A stretch of 64,000 nucleotides of DNA. Source: a virus. Both the position numbers and the translations under genes were made by a program. The DNA is taken from positions 1 to 64,000 of the IMG/VR virus record IMGVR_UViG_3300036792_000363, one strand, 5' to 3'. The notes below the pieces were generated by a model, which searched no databases, was not told where the DNA came from, and worked only from the letters and a program-made list of their open reading frames with translations. Positions 51,656 through 60,618 of the stretch are shown here, one piece after another; positions within the stretch are counted from its first letter, which is position 1; each line of letters opens with the position of its first letter.

Positions 51656-52087
51656 CTACTTGTAGAGCGCAGAGCAGTCCTCGGCCGCGAACGTCTTGTC
51701 GACGAAGCCCAGGAACTTGGTCTCCTCCGCGGTCCGGGGCGACTTGGTGAGCGTGAACAGGTAGCTCCACAGCACGCGCTCGGACGCCCGCGTCTGGTTG
51801 GTCAGCGCGCACGCCGACAGCTGCGACGCGTGCAGGGTGGCGTTCTGGGACAGCGCGAGGGACGTCAGCACCGACACCACCACCGTCAGCACCACGTCGA
51901 ACCCGAACGAGATGGCGAGCCCGAGCGCCAGCCGCCGCGTGCGCTTCTCGCGCCTGGAGGTCCTCTCCTCGCGGTCCGACAGGGCGCGCAGCTCCGTCAC
52001 CACGTCCCCGAGCTGCCCGGCCAGGAGGTCCAGCTTCCCCAGAACGGGGTCCGGGAGCGACTCCGCGACCCCGGGCGTCTCACTCAT
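51656..52087 (-). CDS. Membrane protein of the lysis block (holin/spanin-like)
   Basis: Coiled coil, one long TM helix, two Cys in the C-terminal part. Confidence 0.55.
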   Translation of the reverse strand: MSETPGVAESLPDPVLGKLDLLAGQLGDVVTELRALSDREERTSRREKRTRRLALGLAISFGFDVVLTVVVSVLTSLALSQNATLHASQLSACALTNQTRASERVLWSYLFTLTKSPRTAEETKFLGFVDKTFAAEDCSALYK

Positions 52088-52286
52088 CAGGGTCCCGCCC
52101 AGCGCGGCGCAGCGTGTCCGACGCGTCTCTCACAGTCACCCGAAGCTCCCCCGCGAGCATGTCAGCCGCCTTCAGGAGGCGGTCGATCTCTCGGTCCTTG
52201 ACGTTCAAATCGGTCATCGCCTGCTCATGATCAACTTCTGTCGGGCTCGGGGGCCTGCGCCTGCGCCACCACCTCACCGCGGTCAC
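52080..52286 (-). CDS. Small hypothetical protein of the lysis block
   Basis: Coupled ORF. Confidence 0.45.
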   Translation of the reverse strand: MTAVRWWRRRRPPSPTEVDHEQAMTDLNVKDREIDRLLKAADMLAGELRVTVRDASDTLRRAGRDPDE

Positions 52287-52596
52287 CCCCGTCCAGCAGC
52301 TGGGCGACCGCGGCAGTGAGGTCCTGGAGTGATCCGTTGATGACGGTGAGCATGGGAAGCACCTGCTCGGTGTAGGCGCCGATGAGCCGGTCGCGCTGCT
52401 CCTCGGCCTTCGACAGCTGGGTCAGCAGCGTGTCCCGCATGTCCTGGCTCTGCTGCCACAGGACCGCGGCCTCCGACGTGTCCACCCTCCCGTGGGCCGC
52501 GCGCCTGCCGCCCAGGTACGTGCCGATCCCGGCCACGGCCGCGACCAGCGCGACGGCGACCGTGGCCAGGATGGTCATGAAGTCGGAGGTGTTCAC
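52231..52596 (-). CDS. Holin-like protein (N-terminal TM plus coiled coil)
   Basis: ILATVAVALVAAVAGIGTYL followed by heptads; directly after the hydrolases. Confidence 0.55.
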   Translation of the reverse strand: MNTSDFMTILATVAVALVAAVAGIGTYLGGRRAAHGRVDTSEAAVLWQQSQDMRDTLLTQLSKAEEQRDRLIGAYTEQVLPMLTVINGSLQDLTAAVAQLLDGGDRGEVVAQAQAPEPDRS

Positions 52597-52620
52597 GCGG
52601 CTCCCGCCGGCGGGGACCCG

Positions 52621-53415
52621 TCAGACGTACTGCATGTCCGCCAGAAGCTGCTGCAGGTCCATCCCCTCAATCGTCGCGCCGTTCGCCTCCACCCAGTCGG
52701 CGGTGACGACGGCCCACGCCTCCTCCGCCGCGTAGGCCTGGAACTCGGCGGTGGCGGGCTGCAGCGCGCCCCAGGTGACGTACTCCAGCGGGGCGTCCGC
52801 CCCGCCCCGGCGGCGCTGCAGGCAGATCGCGTGGCCCCCGACCGGCTGCGCGCCCTGCTGCCACGTCCACGGCTGGCCGTCGGCGAACTCGGTCTCCATC
52901 TGCTGCTGCACGTTGATGCCGACGTACACCGAGCCGAACACGTCGAGCACCTGGGCGAGCAGGTCCTCGTCGGCCGGGTTCCCGAGGCCGGCGTAGGCCA
53001 GGATCTTGTGCGTCTTCCCGGCGGCGTCGGTCATCCCGGTCGTCACCTGGTCGGCGAGCACGTCCTGCATCACGCAGCCGTTGTCGGTGCTGGCGTCGCC
53101 CGGCACGTAGCCGCCGACGCGCGAGTACACCGCCTGGATCTGCGAGTCGGCGAACAGCCCCTCGGTGCCGCTGGCGTACCAGGTCCACGCGCCGTACATG
53201 TGGCCGATGCCGGCGATGGTGCAGTCGCCCAGCTGGTCGTTCAGGTACACGGGCCAGCTGGGCACGGCGCTCGCCCGGTCGACGTCGGCGCTCGCGGCGA
53301 CCGGCGGCAGCCCGCCCTGGGCCAGCTTCCTGCGCGGGTCCAGGTACTTCTCCAGCGTGAGGCGCTTGCGGGCGGGGTCAGGCGACTTGCGACCGTACTT
53401 CCCGGGCTGCGGCAT
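52621..53415 (-). CDS. Papain-like (C1-type) cysteine peptidase
   Basis: NDQLGDCT (Cys), GGHAI (His), TWG. Confidence 0.75.
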   Translation of the reverse strand: MPQPGKYGRKSPDPARKRLTLEKYLDPRRKLAQGGLPPVAASADVDRASAVPSWPVYLNDQLGDCTIAGIGHMYGAWTWYASGTEGLFADSQIQAVYSRVGGYVPGDASTDNGCVMQDVLADQVTTGMTDAAGKTHKILAYAGLGNPADEDLLAQVLDVFGSVYVGINVQQQMETEFADGQPWTWQQGAQPVGGHAICLQRRRGGADAPLEYVTWGALQPATAEFQAYAAEEAWAVVTADWVEANGATIEGMDLQQLLADMQYV

Positions 53416-53434
53416 GGTGCCTCCAGGCACGACG

Positions 53435-53464
53435 AAGGGCGGGACCCGGACAGGTCCCGCCCTT
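53435..53464 (-). terminator. Hairpin in the leader of the peptidase gene
   Basis: AAGGGCGGGACC/GGTCCCGCCCTT. Confidence 0.5.
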
Positions 53465-53477
53465 GCGAATCGGCCCG

Positions 53478-54287
53478 TCAGCAGCGGCCCTGGTACAGCC
53501 CCTCGGTGTAGGTGGTCCACGCGCCCCAGTTGGCGCCGTCGTCGGACAGGATGATGGCCGACTTGGCGTTCCCGAGCGCGCTGTAGGTGGCCAGCGCCCC
53601 GTTGGAGGCGTTGATCTGCCAGTAGCCCAGGTCGTCGGTCGGGCTCAGCGCGTACTGCCTGCCGCCGGACTCCGCCATGGCGATCTCGGCCGCCATGAAG
53701 GCGTCGGCCGGGTTCCCGCCTGCCGCGTCCCACAGCGCCTGCAGCCCGGCGCAGGAGAGCGTCCCCCCCGCCGAGTCCACGGTGGCGACCGCCCCCGTGG
53801 TCACAGGCGCGCTCACAGGATGGGCCACAGGATGGGCCACAGGGCGCGCCACAGGAACGCTCTGCCGGGGGGCGGCGGGCGGCGCGGAGGCGGCCATGAC
53901 CTTGGCCACGGCGCTGGCGGCGGCGCGGCACGCGAGCCGGACCGCCTCGCCCGGGTAGATGAGGTTGGCGTCCGCGATGGCGCTGTTGGCGGCCAGGTCG
54001 GGGTAGGCGCTGGCGGTCCCGCAGAACCGGCGGGCGATCGACGACAGCGTGTCCCCCGGGCGGACCGTGTAGCGGCCCGGGACGGCCTTCCTGGCCGCCT
54101 TGTGGACCTGCGCGGCCGGAACCCGCAGCGCGGTCGCGGAGAGCGTCCTGGGGGGCGCTGGGGGCGCTGCGGGGGTCGCGGCCGACGCCACGGCGAACGG
54201 GAGCGCCGCCCCGGCGGCGCCGGTGGCCACCGCCGCGGTGACTGCGATGTAGCCGCGCGACCGCCGCGCGTGCCTCGGTCTGCTCAC
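53478..54287 (-). CDS. Signal-peptide LysM plus lytic transglycosylase (lysozyme-like) protein, probable endolysin
   Basis: Signal-like N-terminus, LysM YTVRPGDTLSSIA...NLIYPGE, catalytic AIAMAESGG...DLGYWQIN...WGAWTTY. Confidence 0.85.
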   Translation of the reverse strand: MSRPRHARRSRGYIAVTAAVATGAAGAALPFAVASAATPAAPPAPPRTLSATALRVPAAQVHKAARKAVPGRYTVRPGDTLSSIARRFCGTASAYPDLAANSAIADANLIYPGEAVRLACRAAASAVAKVMAASAPPAAPRQSVPVARPVAHPVAHPVSAPVTTGAVATVDSAGGTLSCAGLQALWDAAGGNPADAFMAAEIAMAESGGRQYALSPTDDLGYWQINASNGALATYSALGNAKSAIILSDDGANWGAWTTYTEGLYQGRC

Positions 54288-54371
54288 AGAAGTAGCTCCT
54301 CAACATCAGGTCGGGGTGCGGGTTCCGTGACGCTAGCACCGGCAATCACGCCCGCGCAGCCGAACGCGCCA

Positions 54372-54947
54372 TCAGGCCGGCGTCAGCGACTGCAGCAGGT
54401 CGGCCAGGTCCCCCGGCGTGACGTAGCCGGGCCACCGCTTGTCGGTGAACAGCTGCACGCCGTTGGCGGCGTAGTCGGCGTCCGTCTCCTGGCTGCAGAT
54501 CATGTGGCCGGTTGACGCGATGAAGCCCCGCAGGCCCGGCACGGGGATCCGCAGGCGGTGCGCCACCAGCGCCGCGTAGTCCAGCCACGAGTAGCCGGTG
54601 CCCTCGTGCTCGACCGCCCAGGCGACCACGCCCGCCCGCTGCGCCGGGGTCAGGCTGATGATGCCCGACGACCACAGCGCGCCCGGCAGCGCCGACGCCG
54701 GGCAGGGCAGGGCGACCTTGCCGTGCCCTCGCGGGTAGGTGCTGACGGTGTAGCCGTACGGCGCGCTCTCGTCGGGCTGGCCGATGTAGATCTCGGTGTG
54801 GTCGTAGGGCTGGAACCGCGAGCCGTCCAGCCACTGCAGGAACTCGATGGCCCAGCCGACGCCCCCGTGGACGGGCACGCAGCAGAAGTCGCCCGGCTCG
54901 GGGGCCTGCAGCACTATCCGCGGCGGAAGCGGGGATCTGGTCGTCAC
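54372..54947 (-). CDS. Permuted NlpC/P60 (papain-like amidase) protein
   Basis: PGDF, DHTEIYIG (His) preceding MICSQ (Cys), G.GYSW. Confidence 0.75.
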   Translation of the reverse strand: MTTRSPLPPRIVLQAPEPGDFCCVPVHGGVGWAIEFLQWLDGSRFQPYDHTEIYIGQPDESAPYGYTVSTYPRGHGKVALPCPASALPGALWSSGIISLTPAQRAGVVAWAVEHEGTGYSWLDYAALVAHRLRIPVPGLRGFIASTGHMICSQETDADYAANGVQLFTDKRWPGYVTPGDLADLLQSLTPA

Positions 54948-54953
54948 CGCCGG

Positions 54954-55211
54954 CTAATCGGCTTCCGCCTCCTTCTTGCGGTGCACCTCCAGCAGCCACT
55001 CCATCCCGGCCACGTGGCCCACGATGTCGCGCGGCCACTCCCCTGACTCCGGGAAGAACCGGTGCTCCCGGTGACGGCGCAGCCGCTTGCTGCGCCCGAT
55101 GACGACGCTGCCCTCGGCGAGCGGCAGCCCCAGCCAGATGACGTACCATTCCGGCGGCTTGTCAGGGCCCGCCAGGGGCTGGCGGTGGAGCCCGTCCGGG
55201 ACGAACCGCAT
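54954..55211 (-). CDS. Hypothetical protein
   Basis: ORF in the operon. Confidence 0.5.
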   Translation of the reverse strand: MRFVPDGLHRQPLAGPDKPPEWYVIWLGLPLAEGSVVIGRSKRLRRHREHRFFPESGEWPRDIVGHVAGMEWLLEVHRKKEAEAD

Positions 55212-55220
55212 GCCGGGCAA

Positions 55221-55625
55221 CTAGGCCGCCGTGGCCCGGGCCGCCAGGTAGGCCTCGTAGTCGTCGAGCAGGGTGTCGTAGCGGTAGTTGACCTTGGCCG
55301 ACTTGGATCCCGGCCGGTGCCTGATCAGGTACTCCTCCGTCCGGCCCTGCGAGTCGGCCCAGGCGCGCAGCCCCTCGTAGAACCGGCGGGACTCCCTCGA
55401 CCCCGGCCTGAAGTCGGCCACGGCCGTCGGCCTGGCGTCCTCCCTCTGCGCCGACCGCAGCCACTGCCCGGTCACGGCGTCCAGCTCCGCCGCGCACGGG
55501 GCGCACAGGTCCCAGTGCCCGGGCTTTCCCTGGTACGCCATGTCGCGGACCTCGGTCGCCTCCACCTTCTCGCCAGTGGCGCTGTGATGCTGATCGCACC
55601 ACAGCTTGATGACGATCTGCTGCAT
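55221..55625 (-). CDS. Lsr2-like nucleoid-associated protein (divergent)
   Basis: MQQIVIKLWCD...ATEV...G..GHWDLC..CAAEL dimerisation-type domain and LRAWADSQG C-terminal domain. Confidence 0.65.
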   Translation of the reverse strand: MQQIVIKLWCDQHHSATGEKVEATEVRDMAYQGKPGHWDLCAPCAAELDAVTGQWLRSAQREDARPTAVADFRPGSRESRRFYEGLRAWADSQGRTEEYLIRHRPGSKSAKVNYRYDTLLDDYEAYLAARATAA

Positions 55626-56104
55626 CAGGCTCTCCTGAACACGGCGGGCGGCGCGCCCTCGTCATCGTCGTCTTCCACCAGGGTGGTGACCCGCCCGAGC
55701 AGCTCCCGGATCTGGTCGTTGGCGGCGGTGTAGCGGGCGTCGCGCATCACCCGGCGCGACCGCGGCACGTCCCGGTCCAGCCTCACCCACTCCGGCCCGT
55801 ACTGGATATGCCGCGGCAGGTAGCCGTCGAATATCCCGCCGGGGTGCGTGTAGGTCACCCCGGTCACCGCCAGGCAGTCGGTGCACGGCTCCACCAGCTT
55901 CAGCCTGCCCTCGCTGGCGGGCATGACGGTGACCCCGCGGGGGATCGCCTCCTCCCCGGGCAGCCACCGGTCGAGCGCGAACGTGTGATGCCCGGCGCGG
56001 CACCGCAGCTGGCGGGCGGGGATCGACCCCACCTCCGCTGGCGTCTCCGCCACTGCCTTCAGGTGCGCGGGCCTCGGGTTGCTTTTCCTCCTGTGTGCTG
56101 GCAT
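55625..56104 (-). CDS. Hypothetical Cys/His-containing phage protein
   Basis: CRAGHH, CTDC; RBS GGAGGTGAGG. Confidence 0.6.
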   Translation of the reverse strand: MPAHRRKSNPRPAHLKAVAETPAEVGSIPARQLRCRAGHHTFALDRWLPGEEAIPRGVTVMPASEGRLKLVEPCTDCLAVTGVTYTHPGGIFDGYLPRHIQYGPEWVRLDRDVPRSRRVMRDARYTAANDQIRELLGRVTTLVEDDDDEGAPPAVFRRA

Positions 56105-56145
56105 CTGCAGCCTCACCTCCGCTGCTGAGGCTAGCCTGCAATCAC

Positions 56146-56412
56146 CTAGCCGTCAGTAAGTGTCGTCACCAGGTTCCCGGCAAGGTCGAACCGGTGCAGC
56201 ACCCTGTTCACGCGGATGCCCCGCTTCCTCAGCTGGTACCTGCAGTCATCGCACGGCAGCTCGATCAGGTTGTCGGGCTGGACGAACGACGGCGGCTCCC
56301 CCGCCATCTGCAGCTTGAACAGCAGCCTGCCGGGGCGGCAGTGCCCGTCCGGCAGCTGGTACCCCACCGGGCACCGCACCTCGATCTCGCGCGCCTCCAC
56401 CGCCGTGGTCAC
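56146..56412 (-). CDS. Small zinc-ribbon-like protein
   Basis: EVRCP...C..GRLLFK...IELPCDDC. Confidence 0.55.
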   Translation of the reverse strand: MTTAVEAREIEVRCPVGYQLPDGHCRPGRLLFKLQMAGEPPSFVQPDNLIELPCDDCRYQLRKRGIRVNRVLHRFDLAGNLVTTLTDG

Positions 56413-57629
56413 ATCCGGCCCCACTGCCCGCCCGGCCCCGGCGGCCCGGCGGGGGCGGGCTCGCGGCGGCAGGCCCGGGCCATGGCGGCGATCTCCGGCC
56501 CCGGCCCGGTCACCTGGTCCCCGATCCGGCGGAACAGCGCCTCCAGCACCACCTGCCAGTCGCACATGGCGGGGATCACCCGGCTCGCCAGCTCCGCCTT
56601 CTCCCGGGCCTCGCCGCGGTGGGTGTAGATGTGCCACATGACGTCCTTCATGTGGGCGACCTCCACCCGGGCGTCGTGCGCCGCCCAGGGCTTGTCCTCG
56701 AATGTCGGCGCCAGGTGGTAGTCAAGGGGGTACGCGTAGTCGGCGTTCAGCCACTGCGTGTGGCCCCCGAAGTTGGTGGCGGCCACCACCCCGCCGGTCG
56801 CCTGGAACTCCAGCGCCGGCAGGTTCTTGCCCTCGCCGCGGGACGGGGCCACCAGGCAGTGCGCGGCCGCGTAGAACTGGTCGAGCGTCTCCTTGTCGAA
56901 CGCGTCGACGAAGATCCGGATCTTGGTGTCGGCCAGCGGCCCGTTCAGCTCGGGGAACAGCGTGCCCGGGGCGCTGGTGTGCAGCGCGAACGTCGCCCCC
57001 TCGAACTCGGGGCGCTCGAACTTCAGCTCGTTGAAGGCCTGGATGGCGGTCCACGGGGCCTTCCGGCTGTTGAGCGCGCCGTGCATGATGAACGCGAACC
57101 GGTCCCCGAACCAGTCGCGCTCGGTCTTCTTCCACAGGTCCGACTCGAATCCGCCCTGCAGGATCCCGCTGTGCGTCTTGGGCGGGATGTAGGGCGCGAG
57201 CGCGTCGAGCGACACCTGGTCGTAGCCGAGCACCAGGTCGAACCACTGCAGCCTGCTGCGCAGCGACCCGCGGCGCCCGCAGTGCGGCACCAGCCCGGAC
57301 ACGCCCTTCCCGTTCTTCCCCGGCCCGCCGGCGAACTCCCACATGGTCCAGGCGACCGCCACCCGGCAGAACTCGCGGGCCTCGCGGGTGATCTCCAGGT
57401 GCTCGGGGTCCCAGTGGTTGATGAGCAGGTCGAACGGGCCCTGCAGCTCCCTGGCGAACAGCGGCAGCAGGTCGCGCGGGATGGGGACGTCCATCCACAT
57501 CGGCTGCGGGTAGACGTCGCAGCCCCACTCGTGCAGGGCCCGCAGCAGGCCGAACCCGTCGTTGCCGTACCCGCTGAAGCGCGAGAACGGGCTTTTCAGC
57601 AGGACCTTGAGCGGCCTGTCGGAGATCAT
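56409..57629 (-). CDS. Glycosyltransferase (GT-B, family 4-like)
   Basis: SGYGNDG, GALNSRK, CLVAPSRGEGKNLPALEF.ATG..V.ATNFGGH. Confidence 0.9.
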   Translation of the reverse strand: MISDRPLKVLLKSPFSRFSGYGNDGFGLLRALHEWGCDVYPQPMWMDVPIPRDLLPLFARELQGPFDLLINHWDPEHLEITREAREFCRVAVAWTMWEFAGGPGKNGKGVSGLVPHCGRRGSLRSRLQWFDLVLGYDQVSLDALAPYIPPKTHSGILQGGFESDLWKKTERDWFGDRFAFIMHGALNSRKAPWTAIQAFNELKFERPEFEGATFALHTSAPGTLFPELNGPLADTKIRIFVDAFDKETLDQFYAAAHCLVAPSRGEGKNLPALEFQATGGVVAATNFGGHTQWLNADYAYPLDYHLAPTFEDKPWAAHDARVEVAHMKDVMWHIYTHRGEAREKAELASRVIPAMCDWQVVLEALFRRIGDQVTGPGPEIAAMARACRREPAPAGPPGPGGQWGRM

Positions 57630-57689
57630 GGGCACCCCTCCCGCGTACGTCACGGCGCGGGCGGCCGGGTATGACGCGCCCCGGGTGAG

Positions 57690-58214
57690 TTATTCGGACG
57701 CGTCGCTCCAGCCGGCGCACGCGACGCCGTAGAAGGCGGTGCCGCGCTGCAGGTAGTCGCCGTCGGCCACCGGGGTGAAGATGATGTCGGTCAGCAGCTG
57801 GCACCCGACGGTCACCAGGTCGCCCCACAGCACCGCGTCGTTGTCGGTGCGCTGCAGCCGGAACTGCGCGGCGGCGAACACGGCCAGCCCGCGGTTGGTG
57901 GTGATCGAGGACGACTCGGTGACGTTCCTGCCGCCGTCGCGCGCCGGGTCCACCCACACGTCCACCCGCAGCCGGCGGAACCGCAGCGTGCCCAGGATGG
58001 GGGGCACCTCCCAGCCGCCGTAGTCGCCGCACACGATCGCCGCGGCCGAGCTGCCCTCCAGGGTGGCGAGCACGCCCTGGTTGGTGTCGGAGAACAGCCA
58101 CGGCTTCCCGGCATCGCCGCCCACCGGGTCACCGGGCGGGAAGGACCCGAGCACCGAGGTGACGTCGCTGAAGCCGGACAGGAACTTCACGGCCCCGCTG
58201 GCGACGTCATCCAT
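57690..58214 (-). CDS. Tail terminator/completion-like protein
   Basis: Position after the neck gene; RLRVDVWVD. Confidence 0.6.
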   Translation of the reverse strand: MDDVASGAVKFLSGFSDVTSVLGSFPPGDPVGGDAGKPWLFSDTNQGVLATLEGSSAAAIVCGDYGGWEVPPILGTLRFRRLRVDVWVDPARDGGRNVTESSSITTNRGLAVFAAAQFRLQRTDNDAVLWGDLVTVGCQLLTDIIFTPVADGDYLQRGTAFYGVACAGWSDASE

Positions 58215-58220
58215 GCACCG

Positions 58221-58403
58221 CTAATCGGGCCGGCGCTCGCACACCAGCCGCAGCTCCAGCGTGTCGGCGTAGGGCATCTCCCGGCGCATCTGGTCCAGCT
58301 CGGCCATGACGGCGGCCTTCCAGCCGACCACGGCGCTGTCGGCCAGGTCGGCCAGCGCCACCCGGCGGGTCAGCGTCACCCGCGCCGTCTCGTCGTCGTC
58401 CAT
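58221..58403 (-). CDS. Small hypothetical protein
   Basis: TGATG coupling. Confidence 0.45.
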   Translation of the reverse strand: MDDDETARVTLTRRVALADLADSAVVGWKAAVMAELDQMRREMPYADTLELRLVCERRPD

Positions 58404-58828
58404 CAGTCGCCGCCCGACGGCCAGCCGAGCCCGCCGTCCGGGGCGACCCCGCCCTTGCCGTCGGTCACCCAGTCCCAGAAGGCCTGCCGCACTTCCCTCT
58501 GGAAGAAGTGGCCGGCCGGGTCGAAGAAGTAGTGCCTGCCCGGGAACGGGTGGTGCCTGGTGGGGGCGTCGCCGCGCGCCAGCTCGAAGATGCCCGGGTT
58601 GCGGGCGTAGTTGACCTGGCCGGACCACACGTGCAGGTCGTAGCTGGACTGCGGGTGCCCGGACGCCCGCAGCGCGCCGGTGATGACGTGCACCCGCTGG
58701 TCGGTGGCGACGAAGCAGGTCAGCACCGCCGCCTCCATGCGCGCGATGGTCTCCGGCGGCGGCCCGGCGGCCAGCCGGTCCAGCTCCTCCCCCGCGCCGT
58801 TCAGGTAGAGGACGAAGTGGTCGGACAT
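58403..58828 (-). CDS. Neck / HK97 gp10-like head-tail protein
   Basis: VHVITGALRAS...Y.RNPGIFE..RG...YFFDP. Confidence 0.7.
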   Translation of the reverse strand: MSDHFVLYLNGAGEELDRLAAGPPPETIARMEAAVLTCFVATDQRVHVITGALRASGHPQSSYDLHVWSGQVNYARNPGIFELARGDAPTRHHPFPGRHYFFDPAGHFFQREVRQAFWDWVTDGKGGVAPDGGLGWPSGGD

Positions 58829-59151
58829 CAGGCGGACTCCCTCCGGACCACGGTCCCGGTCGCCTCAAGAACGCGCAGCAGCGCCTCCCACTCGCCGCGC
58901 CGGCCCAGCCGCTGGCCGTTGACCACCGTCACCATGCCGAGGTGCACGCCATGCAGCTCGTCCGGCCCGGCGACGAACGACCACCGGTCCCCGCCGAGCC
59001 CTTCCCGCCGGGCCCAGTCCTGCGCCTCCCGGTACCGCGGGGCGGCCACCAGGATTTTCGGGGGGCGTCCGTACGCCTCCTCAGCGGCGCGCTTCAGCTC
59101 CCGGATGTCGCGCAGCGGGCTCGCCTCCGGGTGCCACCACGGCGCGCTCAC
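58828..59151 (-). CDS. Hypothetical protein
   Basis: Coupled on both sides. Confidence 0.55.
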   Translation of the reverse strand: MSAPWWHPEASPLRDIRELKRAAEEAYGRPPKILVAAPRYREAQDWARREGLGGDRWSFVAGPDELHGVHLGMVTVVNGQRLGRRGEWEALLRVLEATGTVVRRESA

Positions 59152-59645
59152 CCCGCGCTCCCGGGGAACGGGGTCGGGCTGCCCGGCTTCAGCATCTGGC
59201 TGACCTCCACCACCTGGACCTCGACGTGGTGCGCGCCGATCATGTCCTGCGCCACGTCAGGGATCACCCGGATGTCGAAGGTGCCGAAGATCGGCCCGGC
59301 GACGCACTTGAGCCGGTCGGCCGCCAGCACCAGCGGGACGTTGCTGTCGTCGGTGGCCAGGTCGAAGTAGCAGACCCCGATCCGGTCGGGCGCGCGGCCG
59401 GCCACGATCGGCATCGGCTGGTCCTTCCCGGGCCGCACGAACAGCAGGTCGAGACGGCACTTCAGCAGCCCCGGCTGCCCCAGCGGCGGATCCACCACCG
59501 AGGTGACCGGCGCCCAGCTCATCGTCATCCCGCCGCCCGAGCCGACCACCGGGTTGAGCCGCAGCACCTGGCAGGTGGAGGTGTAGAACATCCGCATCCC
59601 GGCCTGGCCGGGCGCGAACTGGTTGTAGGGCAGCGGGGTGGTCAC
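59148..59645 (-). CDS. Head closure / head-tail adaptor-like protein
   Basis: CQVLR, LKCRLD, DRL, F.I..IPD, HHVEVQV; position. Confidence 0.65.
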   Translation of the reverse strand: MTTPLPYNQFAPGQAGMRMFYTSTCQVLRLNPVVGSGGGMTMSWAPVTSVVDPPLGQPGLLKCRLDLLFVRPGKDQPMPIVAGRAPDRIGVCYFDLATDDSNVPLVLAADRLKCVAGPIFGTFDIRVIPDVAQDMIGAHHVEVQVVEVSQMLKPGSPTPFPGSAG

Positions 59646-59907
59646 AGCGTCACCTCGTCGTCGATCATCGCGCAGCTGTCGCCGGGCACGTCGTCGCCGT
59701 CCTGTGCTCCACCGTGAAGTAGACGTTGCCGTCGACCCGAACCAGCGCCTCCGGCGGCCACATGGCCGGCATCGGGTCCTGGCCCTCCAGCACGGCGATC
59801 CGGTTGAGGTCGTAGTCGCACAGCACGGCCCCGCACCAGGCGCAGCGCTGGCGCAGGCGGGTGCCCACCTGCACCTTGAGCCCGGCGAAATGCGTGATCG
59901 CGGTCAC
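59642..59907 (-). pseudogene. Small CxxC protein apparently split by a 1-bp deletion near 59702
   Basis: RQRCAWCG frame loses quality after VEH; another frame continues DGDDVPGDSCAMIDDEVTL* and ends in a GTGA overlap with the next gene. Confidence 0.5.
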
Positions 59908-60041
59908 GGCGTCATCGTGCTCCAGACGACGGCGAAGTACACGCCGTAGACGAGCGCGATGCCGACGACCAGCCCGAGGACGATCAGGACGCGGTTCAGC
60001 GCCGCGCTGCGCCTCTGCAGGGTCCCGGGGGCCCGGTGCAT
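59904..60041 (-). CDS. Small membrane protein
   Basis: VLIVLGLVVGIALVYGVYFAVVW. Confidence 0.55.
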   Translation of the reverse strand: MHRAPGTLQRRSAALNRVLIVLGLVVGIALVYGVYFAVVWSTMTP

Positions 60042-60043
60042 TG

Positions 60044-60166
60044 TCAGATCACCCGCCAGCCTCGTCCGTGGGCCAGATTCCACACCTTGCCGTGCACGCC
60101 CTCGGGCCAGTACCACTGGGTGGCCCAGTCCGCGGGCGCTGCGAACATCCACAAGGCGCGCAACAT
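60044..60166 (-). CDS. Small Trp-rich peptide
   Basis: CCGATTAC-N6-ATG start. Confidence 0.45.
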   Translation of the reverse strand: MLRALWMFAAPADWATQWYWPEGVHGKVWNLAHGRGWRVI

Positions 60167-60168
60167 GA

Positions 60169-60618
60169 CTAGGTAATCGGGACGCCGAACCTCTTCACCG
60201 GGACGCCGTGGTCCTCCGCGAAGTCGGCGCAGTGCACCGACCCGTGGGTGCCATGGTAGGGCAGGCCGCGGTCCGGGCGCTTGCGAACGCACGCCTCGCG
60301 CGGGCAGCGGTCGATGAACGCCAGGCACCCCCAGAACGGGCCGTGCTCGGTGACCATCTTCACGTTACGCCGGATCCCGGCGGACAGGTCGAGCTGGCCG
60401 TTCGGGTACCAGTCGGCCACCGGCACGCGCTCGGCCCCGCCGCCCAGGTACTCGTCCCAGTAGGTCTCGCAGAGCAGGTCCGCGCCTTTCGGGCACGCCC
60501 CGTGCACCAGCAGGATGTCAGAGTCGAAGGTCCACGCGGCCTTGAGCGCGCGCCAGATGACGGAGGCGTCGCCCCAGCTGCGCGACCCGGTGACAAGCAG
60601 GCGCCTGCGCTCGGTCAT
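60169..60618 (-). CDS. SLOG-superfamily (YspA/DUF2493-like) protein
   Basis: LLVTGSRSW...LVHGACPKGAD...GIRRN..MV...H.....H. Confidence 0.85.
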   Translation of the reverse strand: MTERRRLLVTGSRSWGDASVIWRALKAAWTFDSDILLVHGACPKGADLLCETYWDEYLGGGAERVPVADWYPNGQLDLSAGIRRNVKMVTEHGPFWGCLAFIDRCPREACVRKRPDRGLPYHGTHGSVHCADFAEDHGVPVKRFGVPIT

